A DNA stretch of 63,999 bases, counting the filler, from Dirinaria sp. TL-2023a (taxonomy: Eukaryota), in NCBI GenBank assembly GCA_051941275.1. It is 3 parts of 3 records of this genome, joined end to end, with 100 filler letters (N's around TTAATTAATTAA, not from the genome) between each part and the next. Parts side by side here need not be neighbours in the genome. Positions count along the whole stretch, not along the records: positions 1 to 22,019 come from JAVEBF010000239.1; 2 more parts are not named here. One strand, 5' to 3'. A program made the translations under genes and the position numbers. The notes below the pieces were generated by a model that did no database searches, was not told where the DNA came from, and was given only the letters and a program-made list of their open reading frames with translations. Shown here piece after piece: positions 1 to 11,263 of the stretch (position 1 is the stretch's first letter; the number at the start of each line of letters is the position of its first letter).

Positions 1-16
1 GAAGATAGTTACATAC

Positions 17-153
17 AGGAAGATTTGTTTGCGGCCTTTGGGTGGGTGGAAGGTGTTTGGGGGCAGGGGACCGAGTTTTAGACTGGGTGGAGGGCGTGGA
101 GGGCGTGCCTTGCGTGGCTTGCGGAGATTGCGTAGACTGCGTGGACGAGGCAT
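17..153 (-). CDS. Probable first exon of a gene running off the left edge (basic, Pro-rich N-terminus)
   Basis: ATG at 153 in CCAAAATG context, open frame MPRPRSLRNLRKPRKARPPRPPPSLKLGPLPPNTFHPPKGRKQIF, then canonical GTATGT donor at 16-11. Product not recognised. Confidence 0.45.
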
Positions 154-360
154 TTTGGGGGTGCGAATTATGATGGGGTGTGTGTGTATGGTACGGTTCT
201 CTGGAGGAGCGTTGTGGATTGAGGAAATTGATGTAGGTACCTTAATGTAAGATACCTGAAGGTAGCTTGGTGGTGATGGTCTACCTACCTTAGAGTTGTC
301 ACAGCTTTCTATGGCGTTTGGTAAGTTTGCTCTGTTTGCATTACTTAATCCTAATAAGTC

Positions 361-454
361 CTAGCTAGCGTAGTCAATGCTGCTAGTAAGGTCAACTGAA
401 AGTCACCCAGGAGACCACCCAATATTACCGCCCGCACATGCCAACTTGCTACCT
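361..454. repeat. Degenerate dispersed repeat, copy 1 (similar to 51732-51830)
   Basis: Colinear blocks CTAGCTAGCG / GGTCAACTGAAAGTCACCCAGGAGACCACCC / AATATTACC / TTGCTACCT match the copy at ~51.8 kb. Confidence 0.7.
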
Positions 455-826
455 AAGGTCTCTTAGGAGGCAGCTGTGCTTACCAAAGGGCAACTGTAGT
501 CACCTAGACGACACAATTTTGGCGCGTACATGGCACTAGCCAGGACTCACCTTATGATGTCGTCCTCCATAGTACATTACCTTAGCTTTCCTACAATGCA
601 GTGTATGAAAATGGTTTGGTAGTGGCACACAACGTATTTGTCGCCAGTAGCTGACAAGAATATGGATCAAGTTGTTTGACATTTGTAAATTTATCAAGGC
701 AAGGCGCAACTTGAGGCTAGTAGGCTGATGATTTACCCACACATTGGAGAAACTCCCTGCCGAGGATTCCATCCCTTTTTGCACCTTCCCGCCATCAATT
801 GCTCAACTTTGAGCTTCTCCGGTTGG

Positions 827-3800
827 TCAGACCATGACTAGATCCCCCTCGCTGTCCTTTTCCGCCTCAATGGTATCATCGCTATCATTTCCCTCATCGA
901 AATCATCGCCGCCATCATCATCATCGCTATCGTAATCGAAAATGGACTCGAAGTCGTCATCCGCTGCGAACGCTCCGGCTCCGCCTTTCGCCTCCTCGAA
1001 CTTCCCACGCATTGTCGATTCTTGCTCTCTCGCTGCCAGTTCGGCGGTGACAGCTTCAAGGCTGCCATGGCTCACAGGCATCTTTCCCTTCGCTTTCTCG
1101 GATTTGTGGCCATCGCGACCCAAATCCAATTGTGCGATGTGCTCAGTCGTTGTTCCAATGCCAGAGGATGCAACCGAGCCGAAATCGTACTCGGAGTCAC
1201 CAGGCGTCGACAGTCCTCGTACAAACTCGGCGTCTGCGAATGGATCATCGACAGAAGACGTATTCTGCTCGGAGCCCTTGTTCATGACGGTAGAAGTATT
1301 ATGGCTGTTGACACCACGGATGAAATCGAAGTCGCTCGAGGCCACGCTACTGCCGGATCCCTGATGCACGTTTGGCCCGGGATGCGAGAATCCCAAAGCC
1401 GCAATGGGGACTTGATCGTCGTAAACGCCTCCGCTTCCATCGTCGCAGCCACCGGCCCACAGTGGAAGATATTTGAATTCCGAGTCCTCCAGGGAAACAA
1501 GGATGTCGCTCATGCTACATGGCAAAGTCTCGCTTCGGAGTCGGGCATCCGTAGTATCAAGCATTCGTTGGGCGGTGGAACGAATATGTTTGTAGGCTTG
1601 CTGAAAGACGCGTTCAAGATTGAAGACTTCATCATAGGAGTCGTAGGGAGGGTCCGAAACGTCAGAGTCATACCCGAAAGAGAGTTTCCGGATTTTCCGT
1701 TGCTTTGGGTCTCGAGCTCCGGCGTCATCTAATAGGGGATCGGATTCTTCTCCAGACGGAATCTCGCATTCAGGGTGTAGCGAGGATCGCGAATATATCT
1801 TGTCATGTAAAATTGCTAAAAGCCTAGGGCCGATAGCCTGGGATGACGAGCTGGTCGCCACGGTGCTGGAACCCGGTAGTGGATGTTGACGGAAAAATTG
1901 CTGGATCTTCTCGTCCAATTCCTCGAGATCAGCCATGGAAACCTCTTCAATGATTCCGTCCTGTCGAAGCTGAGCCTCTGCAGCGTTGGGCGTGGCAATA
2001 GGAACAAGTCCATCGGAGTTTGCGCCCGTAACATGCATGTTGGTAGGCCCTTCGAAAAGTCTCTGATGTCTGAGATATTCCCAGAAAGAGCGAGTCAGCA
2101 CACGCTCTCGTGGTACTAAGTCATTCCAGACTCGCGTATTGTCCTGTAGTGGGAATAGATCATTCGACGCTACAACGGCTGAAGGCTGAAGTGGGGACCA
2201 CTCTGGATACTCTGCGCAAAGGGCACGGCTAATGGCTCCACGAATGTACTTCTCCAGGAGGAGCTTGAGGGAGTATACAGTCTCTTCCAAGCTTGGCTGT
2301 ACGACGCTCGCCAGTTTTTCCATCTCAGGTAGATGAATAAGCCATTCCAGACTCGTGATCGCCATAAACTCGCCATTTACACGCTCAATCAAGGCTTTGC
2401 TGGCATACTCCACACGTGTCTGGTAAATTTCCGGCAAGTCTTCCTTTTTCCGTCCGTGTACAGTAGTAAGTCCCGAGAATCCTGGCCGAGTCCGATACAG
2501 AGACCCTAGCGCCTCTTCGCCCACAAGCAGTGCAAAGGTGTCTCGGCACAAATCGTGACATTGAAAGCCATCGGCAATTCTGACGCTTACTTCAGGAAGT
2601 ACTTCAAGGAAGTGATGGTTGGGTGGAGCTCGGAGCCATCTGACAACATAATCATTAAAATGGCTGTGCGTCACTTCAAAGTACCGAGCCACTGCACACG
2701 CTGTCCAAACCTTGACTGCCGAATCCAATTGCGGATCTTGTCCAGTTATCGCAAGCAACACCCGCTCAATGGCAGACCGATGTCGTAAAGGAGTGTACTG
2801 CAGGGGAAGAGGCATGGGGAGTTCCTCAAGGTGAGATAGCTGCCGCAGCTTCTCGCCCTGGCTGGCGTTGCTTTTCTCAATAAGCTCTTTATTGTTTTGT
2901 ATAGATACCTCTGACTGCTTGCGATTGAAGGCCGAACATTCTTCTTGGCCACCTATGAGGGTCTTGGAGATGGTCCAAAGCTTTCCTGCCAGGGCCCATT
3001 TCCTCACGCCCTCCGAGCAGCAAAGTTCTGTCGTCAAGTAGACCGCCTCATCCCCTTCACTGGGAGGCGTAAGATCAAGAACATACTTGATTCCAGAAGG
3101 GAGTTTGCCAACCAAGCTGCGGCGCCGAAGGACGCGGTGTTGTGCGGTCGGGCCTAATGCTTTTTCAAAAAACGCCGAGCTCAGCGCAAGCAATGTAGCG
3201 CTCCTCATCAACTTGGGTGAACGACAGCGCTCCACGTAGCGAGCATACGATGCGTCATCCTGCTCAGGCTGCTGCGGCGGTGGGTCAATGAATATCCAGA
3301 TATCGGCATCTGGTTCATGGACGATGGGTACTTCTAAAGCCTGCTTGACGGCCATGTCTTGGATCATGCTGTCTAGATCAACCAGCCGTGCTGGTAAGTT
3401 GGCCGGAGAAGCAACTTTAGCTTTCGGAGATGATGTAGACGCACTCGGGACCTGTTCGGCCGGTGGTTCACTGACTGCTTCAAGCGACTCCTGGATCGCT
3501 TTGTCGTAACCTGGAGAATCCTCTTTGAATGTACAAGAATTAGCGTTGTTCAATTTCTAAATCATAGGGTAGGTATTTGAAAGGTTTGGTCCAATGCTTT
3601 AACCACGTCGAAGTGGGCCAATGATCAAATGGACCATTTTTGTCAATGAGAAAACTACATACTGAATTCCTCGGCCACTTGCTCAGCCGACTTCTGCCGA
3701 AAGTAGGTCGACCATTCTTCATCGGTCTTGGGAGACCACCAAGTTGACCCTTGGATGTGGGTACGTGGGACGCCTTGTGGAGTATCAAGTGAAGCTGCAA

Positions 3801-3879
3801 TAGCTACGGCGATATCCTCAGCCTCATCTTTCACTCCGAACTCTCCTGTGTTCTCTTGTGGTATATTACGAGCGGCCAT
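827..3879 (-). CDS. Conserved hypothetical fungal protein, ~970 aa, with N-terminal UIM-like motifs and an acidic C-terminus (2 exons; intron 3523-3662)
   Basis: Exon 1 (ATG 3879) joins the 908-aa ORF in frame via GTATGT...GCTAAT...AAG, giving EF-K-DSPG. Motifs EDIAVAIAASL and YDKAIQESL resemble UIMs. Confidence 0.8.
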
Positions 3880-5398
3880 GATGAATGTTCTGAGTGATGA
3901 GGTTTCGATCAGGGTGTGCCGCTGCTCAGCTAGATCGTAAATAGTCTGTAGTACAGTAGGGAAACCTAGTGAAGCTACTTTGGCGCGCTAACCGACAATT
4001 TAGGCACATGTGTTTATCAACTCAGGTCATGTTGTGCATTGAAGATCATCACTGAGGGGAACGGAGATGAGAAGGTGGAAGACAAAGAAGAATTTGGTGG
4101 GAGCAAAAGTTTAGTAGCCAGTGCAGTCTTGAAGTGCTGAGGCGTCGGTGATCGTGGTGCGGTGATCGTGGTGCGTGCAAGGCTGATTGGCAGGCAAGGT
4201 CGAATTCATAGATCAGCACTAAAAACCCTCTTATAATAGATGAACGGCAGATAACTGCGCAAGACAGGTCAGCTTTTTCATTGTTCCATACCTTAAGCCA
4301 TAGATAATTGGCACGAACACATGCCTTAGGCCATGAGTAATATGCAGGGAGAAGTTCAGCTGGATGTCTGCCTAACGGGATGGCGGCCCTATCAGATGCG
4401 AGGGAAGCACCAGATCTAAGATGCGGCTCTGTGCAGCTCATACCTAAGAAAGATACGAGTACCCGAAATGTTCTTGTCAGATATTTATGAAAGACGGTAC
4501 GGGCCTTTTTGGAAGACTCTGCACGTTCCTCAATTTCACATAATCATTTTCACCTTCGCTACATGTCTTTAGCCCTGTTGCTTTTGCCCATGTGCTCGGC
4601 CTCTGTTCCAAGCTCTCTTTGTCGGCATCGCAATCTTTCAGCTTGTCTTGATAGACCAGACGAAAAGCCCAAGATTTCGGCCCATGAGGATAATAATGTC
4701 AACAGTGACAATCTTCAGGAAATCCGGGGACGTGTCATTCAATTTGCAATTAAGGGTATTTTCTTACTACGAGCTACTAAACGCGCGCGGCCAATCGGAG
4801 CCTGGCCGCATAACTGAACCTGTCCGATGACGCACCCTTCATGATTGTGACTGATGCAGCAAGAGTCACAGGAAAGAGCTAAAGGTCAAGCAAGCGGAAC
4901 ACATGCGGTAGATGGTACGCGTAGAGCCACCCTTGCTCTCTCAATTGGCTCTGGAGGGATATGCTATCATCATCGTTTCTTGTGTGAGAATTGAGTGAGT
5001 ACATCTGTCGCTGAGGTTTTCCATCCCTGTCTGTCACCCGTCCAGCTTCTTGTGGAGAAACTCCGTCTTATGTCCGATCGTGCCCCCACAATGCCCAGCA
5101 TTCGAGGGGCTCGAGGCACACGACACTAATTCGCTAGCTTCGATATGATCGATCCAGTTTGCGATCGACCACTCCAAAAGTTCTCGAAGCGATTGCATCC
5201 AGTAGCAATCGCTCAAGCCTCTGCTGAAACCGCAAATGGCGCTTCTTGATCTTCTCAAGTAGGTCCTTCCCTTTCCCAACCCCGCACAGCGTGGCCGAGG
5301 ACCGGCTGGTTTGAATGCGCCTTCTATCAAGTTCCAAGGCATTGGAAGCACTCAATGGCACCGATAGAGAAGACTCAACGAATTGAGATGGGTGTCTT

Positions 5399-5739
5399 AT
5401 GTCGTCCAAACGCCCGTGCGCCCGAGCGGACTGTCGCGCTTCTGACCATCCCACTACATGCTATACTCCCGATCACGCATCCGATTGTATTGGTGACATA
5501 GTTGCTAATTGGCTTTACCACAGACGTCCCTCCACGATCCCCTTACTCGCTTTCGTCTCAGTTGGTAGTCTCTACGTTGGTGTCAAGACACGCACGATCA
5601 TGGCACAGAGGGAGCGGGCTGCTGAGGGCCAAGCGAAGAACTACGAGGTCCGCCCACATCGAAGCGGTGAGTGTATATCTCCAAGACTTGGACGTATCAA
5701 AGCCTTGACACTGTGGACACATCAGGCGGTGGTGTTTAG
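5399..5739 (+). CDS. Three-exon 57-aa microprotein with one hydrophobic segment, ending RSGGGV
   Basis: Exons 5399-5415, 5524-5666, 5726-5739. Introns GTGCGC...GCTAAT...CAG and GTGAGT...TTGAC...CAG. Product MSSKRPRPSTIPLLAFVSVGSLYVGVKTRTIMAQRERAAEGQAKNYEVRPHRSGGGV*. Confidence 0.65.
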
Positions 5740-6135
5740 GGTTCTTTGACAATAAAAATGTGCAACAGAATGTTATGGGACGATGTCAGTTGGCGCCTGG
5801 GGCTTTCGGATAGGCGATATATACAATATTGTACCGGACCTCTTAGGAGATCTGGGATTTCAAGGCTGGGTAGGAGGCGTGGCCCTAGCTTTCATGGACC
5901 GGGAAGTGCCAAAAGCAGCACTGGTGGTTTACGTAAATATGAATTATGTTATGATCTATTAATGTCTACAAGATGAGGAAAGGACTCTCCCATAGGAGAT
6001 GGTCTGCAGTAAGGGGTATCTTAGCAATTGAAACGTGGACCGCCAGCACATCAGCCAGCGAGCTGATGGTATAAGCAAACGCCGGAAGATCACGAAAATG
6101 AAAACAATGCACTCTACCGATGACGAGTTGAACCA

Positions 6136-9100
6136 CTATGTCCCAGACACCTTGTTATCGTTTTCCTTGTTCAGTTCTTGCACCTGCGCGACATCCTCGA
6201 CGTCCCGTGACTTGAGGTTGGTCTTGTCCTTCCCCCTCGACGGCTTTTGAATCTTCACCTTGGTAAATTTGATCTCTTCATCCTCTCCAGTGCTTCGAGT
6301 CTCTTCTTTCCTCCACCCTTTGACTTCTTGCAGGATGTCTCTGAAACTCTCCTCCAGGGTGTTCATGCGTGCAAGCATCAGCTTGGACATCCGGTTCTGA
6401 TCGTCGCTCTCTGCAACAGCAGCTTGCTTGGCTCTCATAGCGCCTGTTGCAAAAGCCATTTGCGTCGCAAAACTGGAAGGGACGGCACCGACGAAACCAC
6501 CGCCGACAGCTTTGTTGTCTCCAAGATCAGATCCCAGATCCATGTTCAAGGAAGACTGACGGCCCCGGCCATGATCCAGCATGAGCATCCCAGCGAGGTC
6601 AGGGGCGGACTGGAAGAGGTTACGTTGTGGCAGAATGGGCCTGGCTCGAGCAGCTGCGAGGCTTTGACGCTTTGGCGTTCGTCTACCCGCTGTGACGGGG
6701 GTTAAGCTTCCACTATTCTTTGCACTGTTGCGAGCTGTAATGGCTTTTCGGCTGGGCGAAGATGACGAATCTGCAGTGTCGGGCTTTGGATCGTAGAGCA
6801 CAGTGTTGCTAGAAACATTCCTCGTATGTTTTACCTGCGTAGGTCCGCGGTTTGGCAAGTATGTGTTGCTTCTGCCTGCAGCAGCCTTGCTCGGTGCAGG
6901 AATCTTTCCATGGCCGGAGGATGCTGATGTCGATAAGCGCGGCATCTTCGAATCTGCTTTAGGCGTAGCTTGGAAATACTCATCATCACCAGATGCAAGC
7001 TGAGTATTAATGCCCTTTATTGTTGTTGGGAGATCGGACATGGCATTCTCGTCCTCATCGTTTGTTATCAGCTCGTCGTCGCCGTCTGCATCTGTCTGTT
7101 GCGGCAAATCTTCGACACTGACGGATGGCAGGTCATTGTTTTCTCTAAAGTACGATCTGCGTTGCAAGTCCTCGCCTGCGCCAAGCTCTTCCGGGTCAGA
7201 GGCGATAGACATTGTTGCTTGAGTCGTGTCTCTTTGCCGCCGTGGCCATTGACGCCTTCGCAGCTCCAACAGAGATTGGCGATGCGCTACTCTACGTGCC
7301 TCCAGCCTGTCCAACACATTTTGGTCTTCCTCATCTGGAGGAGGCCCTCTGCCGCTCGGGCCCATGGTGGACATCCAGCTATTAACGACATTACTCGTCT
7401 TTCGTCGCTCATGACTCTTCTGAGTGCCACGGAACGTACTGCCGCGGAAGGGCCGTCGAAAAACCTCATCCAATGCACGATCTTTCTGATGTGTAGCAAC
7501 CGAAGGCTCGCGTATGCGACCATGCCGCGGGCTGAAAAGGCGCATGCCAGGACTATCGAAAGCACCAGCTTTTAGGGAAGGGCGGCCCCTTTGCTCGATG
7601 ATTTCCGTGGGGTCGAAAGCAGGTCTACGCAAAAATACTCGTTCATAGGTATAAATAAAGAACAAGACTGGAAAGTGTGTGACCTTGATGACTGTTCTGT
7701 TTAGCCGCACAAATTGCCGGAACGGCATAATGAATCGCAGAGGCGTGAGGAGCCATGCAAGCACATTGGTGGGAGCGACGTATGAGAATAGAGCATCAGA
7801 TTTGACCAGAGATATTGCGTTTACTGCGAAGAGAAATTGATGCTCCTCATTTGCATTTTGCACAATGGCCATAAAGGAATTGGTGAGGACCGTTATCAGG
7901 ATCGTGACAATGAGGAAGTGGCAAATGAAGAGGAACAATGTCAGGATAGCTTTTCCTAGAACATTATAGTCGTCCCCTAGACGTTGATTTGGTCAGCAGC
8001 AAATACTATAGGGGCTCTCGAGTTCCTCATGGGGGTCAATAACGACTTGAAATACGAGCACCACCTAAAAGAGCATCGACTCACAAGTCTGCCACGCGGC
8101 TGGCGTGAAACCAAGCAAGATTTGGAACAAGGTATAAACGACTCCATTAGCATCCAAGTTATCGCTTCCGAACGACAATGTGAAAGCCACGAAGAATCCA
8201 CTGCAGCTGATGACGATAAGGATGAAGACAGCGACAAGATCCACTGCCATCATGCGGAATGCAATCAATAGTTGCGAGAAGTAGCGGTAATGATCGAGGA
8301 CAGAGAACAGGCGGGGGAAAAGCAAGACCGCATTAGCAGCCAGGAGATCGTATGCCATATCTTTAACATGGTGCTTCCGTGCGTCAGGCATTAATATCCC
8401 ATAGAGCCGTGTGCAGTAGTATGATACAAGCAGGAGCAGGATGCCAAGGTCGAAAGCATTCCAGAAACTCATGATATAGAGACTGAAGCCTTGCTCGTTG
8501 AATCCCACAACCTCATCAAGCATGAAGCCTGCGCTCCAAAACCAGAAAAACACCTCCAAAGTGCTAATGTTTAAAGATCTTTCAACCAGCACAGCAAGAT
8601 ATAGTCCGAGCAAGATTGCGAAGGAGCAAGTGGAGAGGGTTTGGCGGTACCGGGGGACTCGAAGCCTCGATAGCTTAAATAGTGATGCATCACGAGGATC
8701 GTACAGGGTCACAGTTCTACGGACTGCAACAGTCACTGGTTCGAGGTGATCCCTTTGTTTAGCCGGCTGCAGACGCTCTGGAGAAGCTTGTAATACTGGG
8801 GTTCTACTTGCTATAGCGCCATATCCTCTGTTCTGGTTGGGTACTACTTTCACAGGCGGACGATGAAGGTTGTCTGCAGCGGAATGAAACACGATAGATC
8901 CGGCCCATATAGCCTCAAGCTGCTGCACAACCACTGGATGTGCTAGAAGGCGCTTGGCTTGAGCTCTTATAGCAATTTCTAGTGCCGAAACACGAGCCGC
9001 CCGAGGCTGACTCGACGGCTGCAGTGTGTTCCAATTGGGACCGGGAATCGCGTTGCCACCATTTAGCCGTGAGAGACCTTGCAAAGGATAGAAGTCGTAG

Positions 9101-9777
9101 GACAATGCATCAATCAGCTCCCTTGTAGTGAAGTCCTTCAGTAGCTTGATGGCAAGCAGCTCACACACTAACGCTCTTGTCTTGCTCGCCCCGCTGTTGC
9201 CCGGGTTGAGATGGACCTCTTTATTGAACTGAAGACAGTTGGCCATTAGAGCGTACAAGGTAGCTCTAGAAAAGTGTGAGGTTCGAATTTGTTGCTGAAT
9301 CGGCTTCACCAGGAATTGAGACACTTGGGGAGATCGCAACTGGTCCCACGAGAGGGTTGTTTCACACCGTGGCTCGACAAGCAAACGTATCGTATGAGTA
9401 ATATTGTAGACGGGCAAGGCATCTAGGAGAAGTTAGCTACTTTTGGGTTTCGCGGCTTTTAGATCCAAGTGTAAAGGCTCAATACCCAAGTGCGCGGCAG
9501 AGAATATTGGGAGTAAGGGCGAAGTTTCCGCATCACCATCCTCGTCCGAATCTGCATCCTCCTCTTCCTCCTCATCTTCTTCGATGTTGGCGCGTTCCTC
9601 TATCCTGATTCTCGGTGCCGGCGACACATCGCGAAAATCGGCCGCAGGGCGACGGCGCTCTTCCAGTGAACCGCGCCGAGCAGCAACTGGGGAGGAAAGT
9701 CGACCGGTGTATGGCGAGGAAAATGGTGATCGATCCCTGTGTTGTCGAGCTTTACCATGACCTGAGGATGGCAGCAT
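6136..9777 (-). CDS. TRP/Yvc1-related nonselective cation channel with a long cytosolic C-tail (introns 9423-9485 and 7977-8084)
   Basis: Three ORFs join in frame (AAHL-D-ALPVYN; PAAWQT-W-DDYN). Hydrophobic S1-S6 region with FWNAFD, pore-like LLGFTP and LITVLTNSF. Confidence 0.85.
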
Positions 9778-11263
9778 GCCTGCACCTCCAGAGCAAAGCG
9801 AAAAAGGTGGAGGAGGTGAAAGATGGACGTGACATTCCCTGACTAAGTGAGCAATAATGATGGGAAATTGACTGATTTAATCGGCAAATGGGAATTTGGT
9901 TGCGGAGACGCGTCCGATAAGGGATCGCCTTCCCGCATATCTGACTGCATTTTCTGACCGCCGTAAGCTGCACGTGAACCGCACATCTAGATGAAGGAAC
10001 ATTCATAGTTCAGATGATCTCGCGATTGAAAGGAGCGGGGGAATATCACCTTGTGTGGGGGTGATATCATCTTGATATGGGATAATTCATTACTTTCCTA
10101 TCATAATTTAAAAAGCAACGCAAGGAGCTAGGTAATGCCCTGCGTACTACTACTCTCTGCTACAGGAAACTACTGCACTCGAATGATAAGATCAACGCGC
10201 AACCAATCAACGACTCAGTATTAGTACCTATGGGTTCATTATACGCGAGACATTCAAACGTCGCTCAACTTCACGAACGGACCAATCTCCGCAGCCCGAC
10301 AGGTAGAGATCCAATGAGAAACTAGATTGGACTAAGGGCAACCATGCTTACGATCCTGCGACATGTCACATTACCATTTGAGTATGAACGATCTAAGACT
10401 AAGAGACTAGGACCCCAACAAATGCCCGATCTATCGAAAAGCTGAGTCGCTGAATATGAGTAGATAAGCGCGTTCGGGACGGAAGATGACTATCATAAGA
10501 AACTTCGGTTTTGACCCCTGAAACTGCTTAAATGTTGAGGGTTTCAAACCAGCAACACATACATACCACAAATCTACTGTAGTATAATAAGTCTCTCACA
10601 ATTGAATCTCTGACTTTCTGACCACCACCAAACCAGACCTTGCCCCTCTCCCTAAAATCCAATCTGAAAAGTCATTGAAAACGAAGCGCCGAAAGAGCTG
10701 AAAATAAGCCAGATATAACCCGACGCAATGAGAGATGATCGGGGTCCGGTTGCTCGAGTTTCCGACTTAGGGTGGAGAGGGTTTGTGTGAGATTCGTTGT
10801 TTTGATAGCAGGGCAGGGAGGGAATTCTGTACGATATAAGGGAGGACAGTAGAGGAGGAGAGTGAGTAGCGATCGATGGTTGAGTAAGTACGTGTATATA
10901 CGTAGATAGCGAGAACTCAGGGGTAAGACTGGGCACAATAATCGTTTGGAACAGCATGTTTCAAGATTTCCTTTCAGGCACACAAAGACAAACATGCTTG
11001 CTCTATGAGGTAGGTAAGGTACTGTATTCAGCTTGAATCAAGCCGACGCTAAGATGCTGTTCAAGTAAAAGAAATCTGCAAGATTCCCACAATCAGAGCC
11101 AGAACTTTTTTTTGTGTTAGTAAAACCGCGTCGTCAACCATCATAAGTCATCATTCCCTTTTGAATGCTTGTTGCCGCGGAGCATCATCCTTCTATAGAT
11201 ACCAGCTCACGCAGCTCCAAACAAGTTCCCGTTCCCATTATCTCTAGGCACGAAGGAAGTAGG

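Noticed and set aside
4146..4173. 14-bp tandem duplication CGGTGATCGTGGTG x2
   Set aside because: Isolated slippage-type duplication with no supporting context.
5034..5454. Minus-strand ~105-aa ORFs upstream of the microprotein
   Set aside because: No recognisable motifs or splice structure, and one starts inside the microprotein intron.
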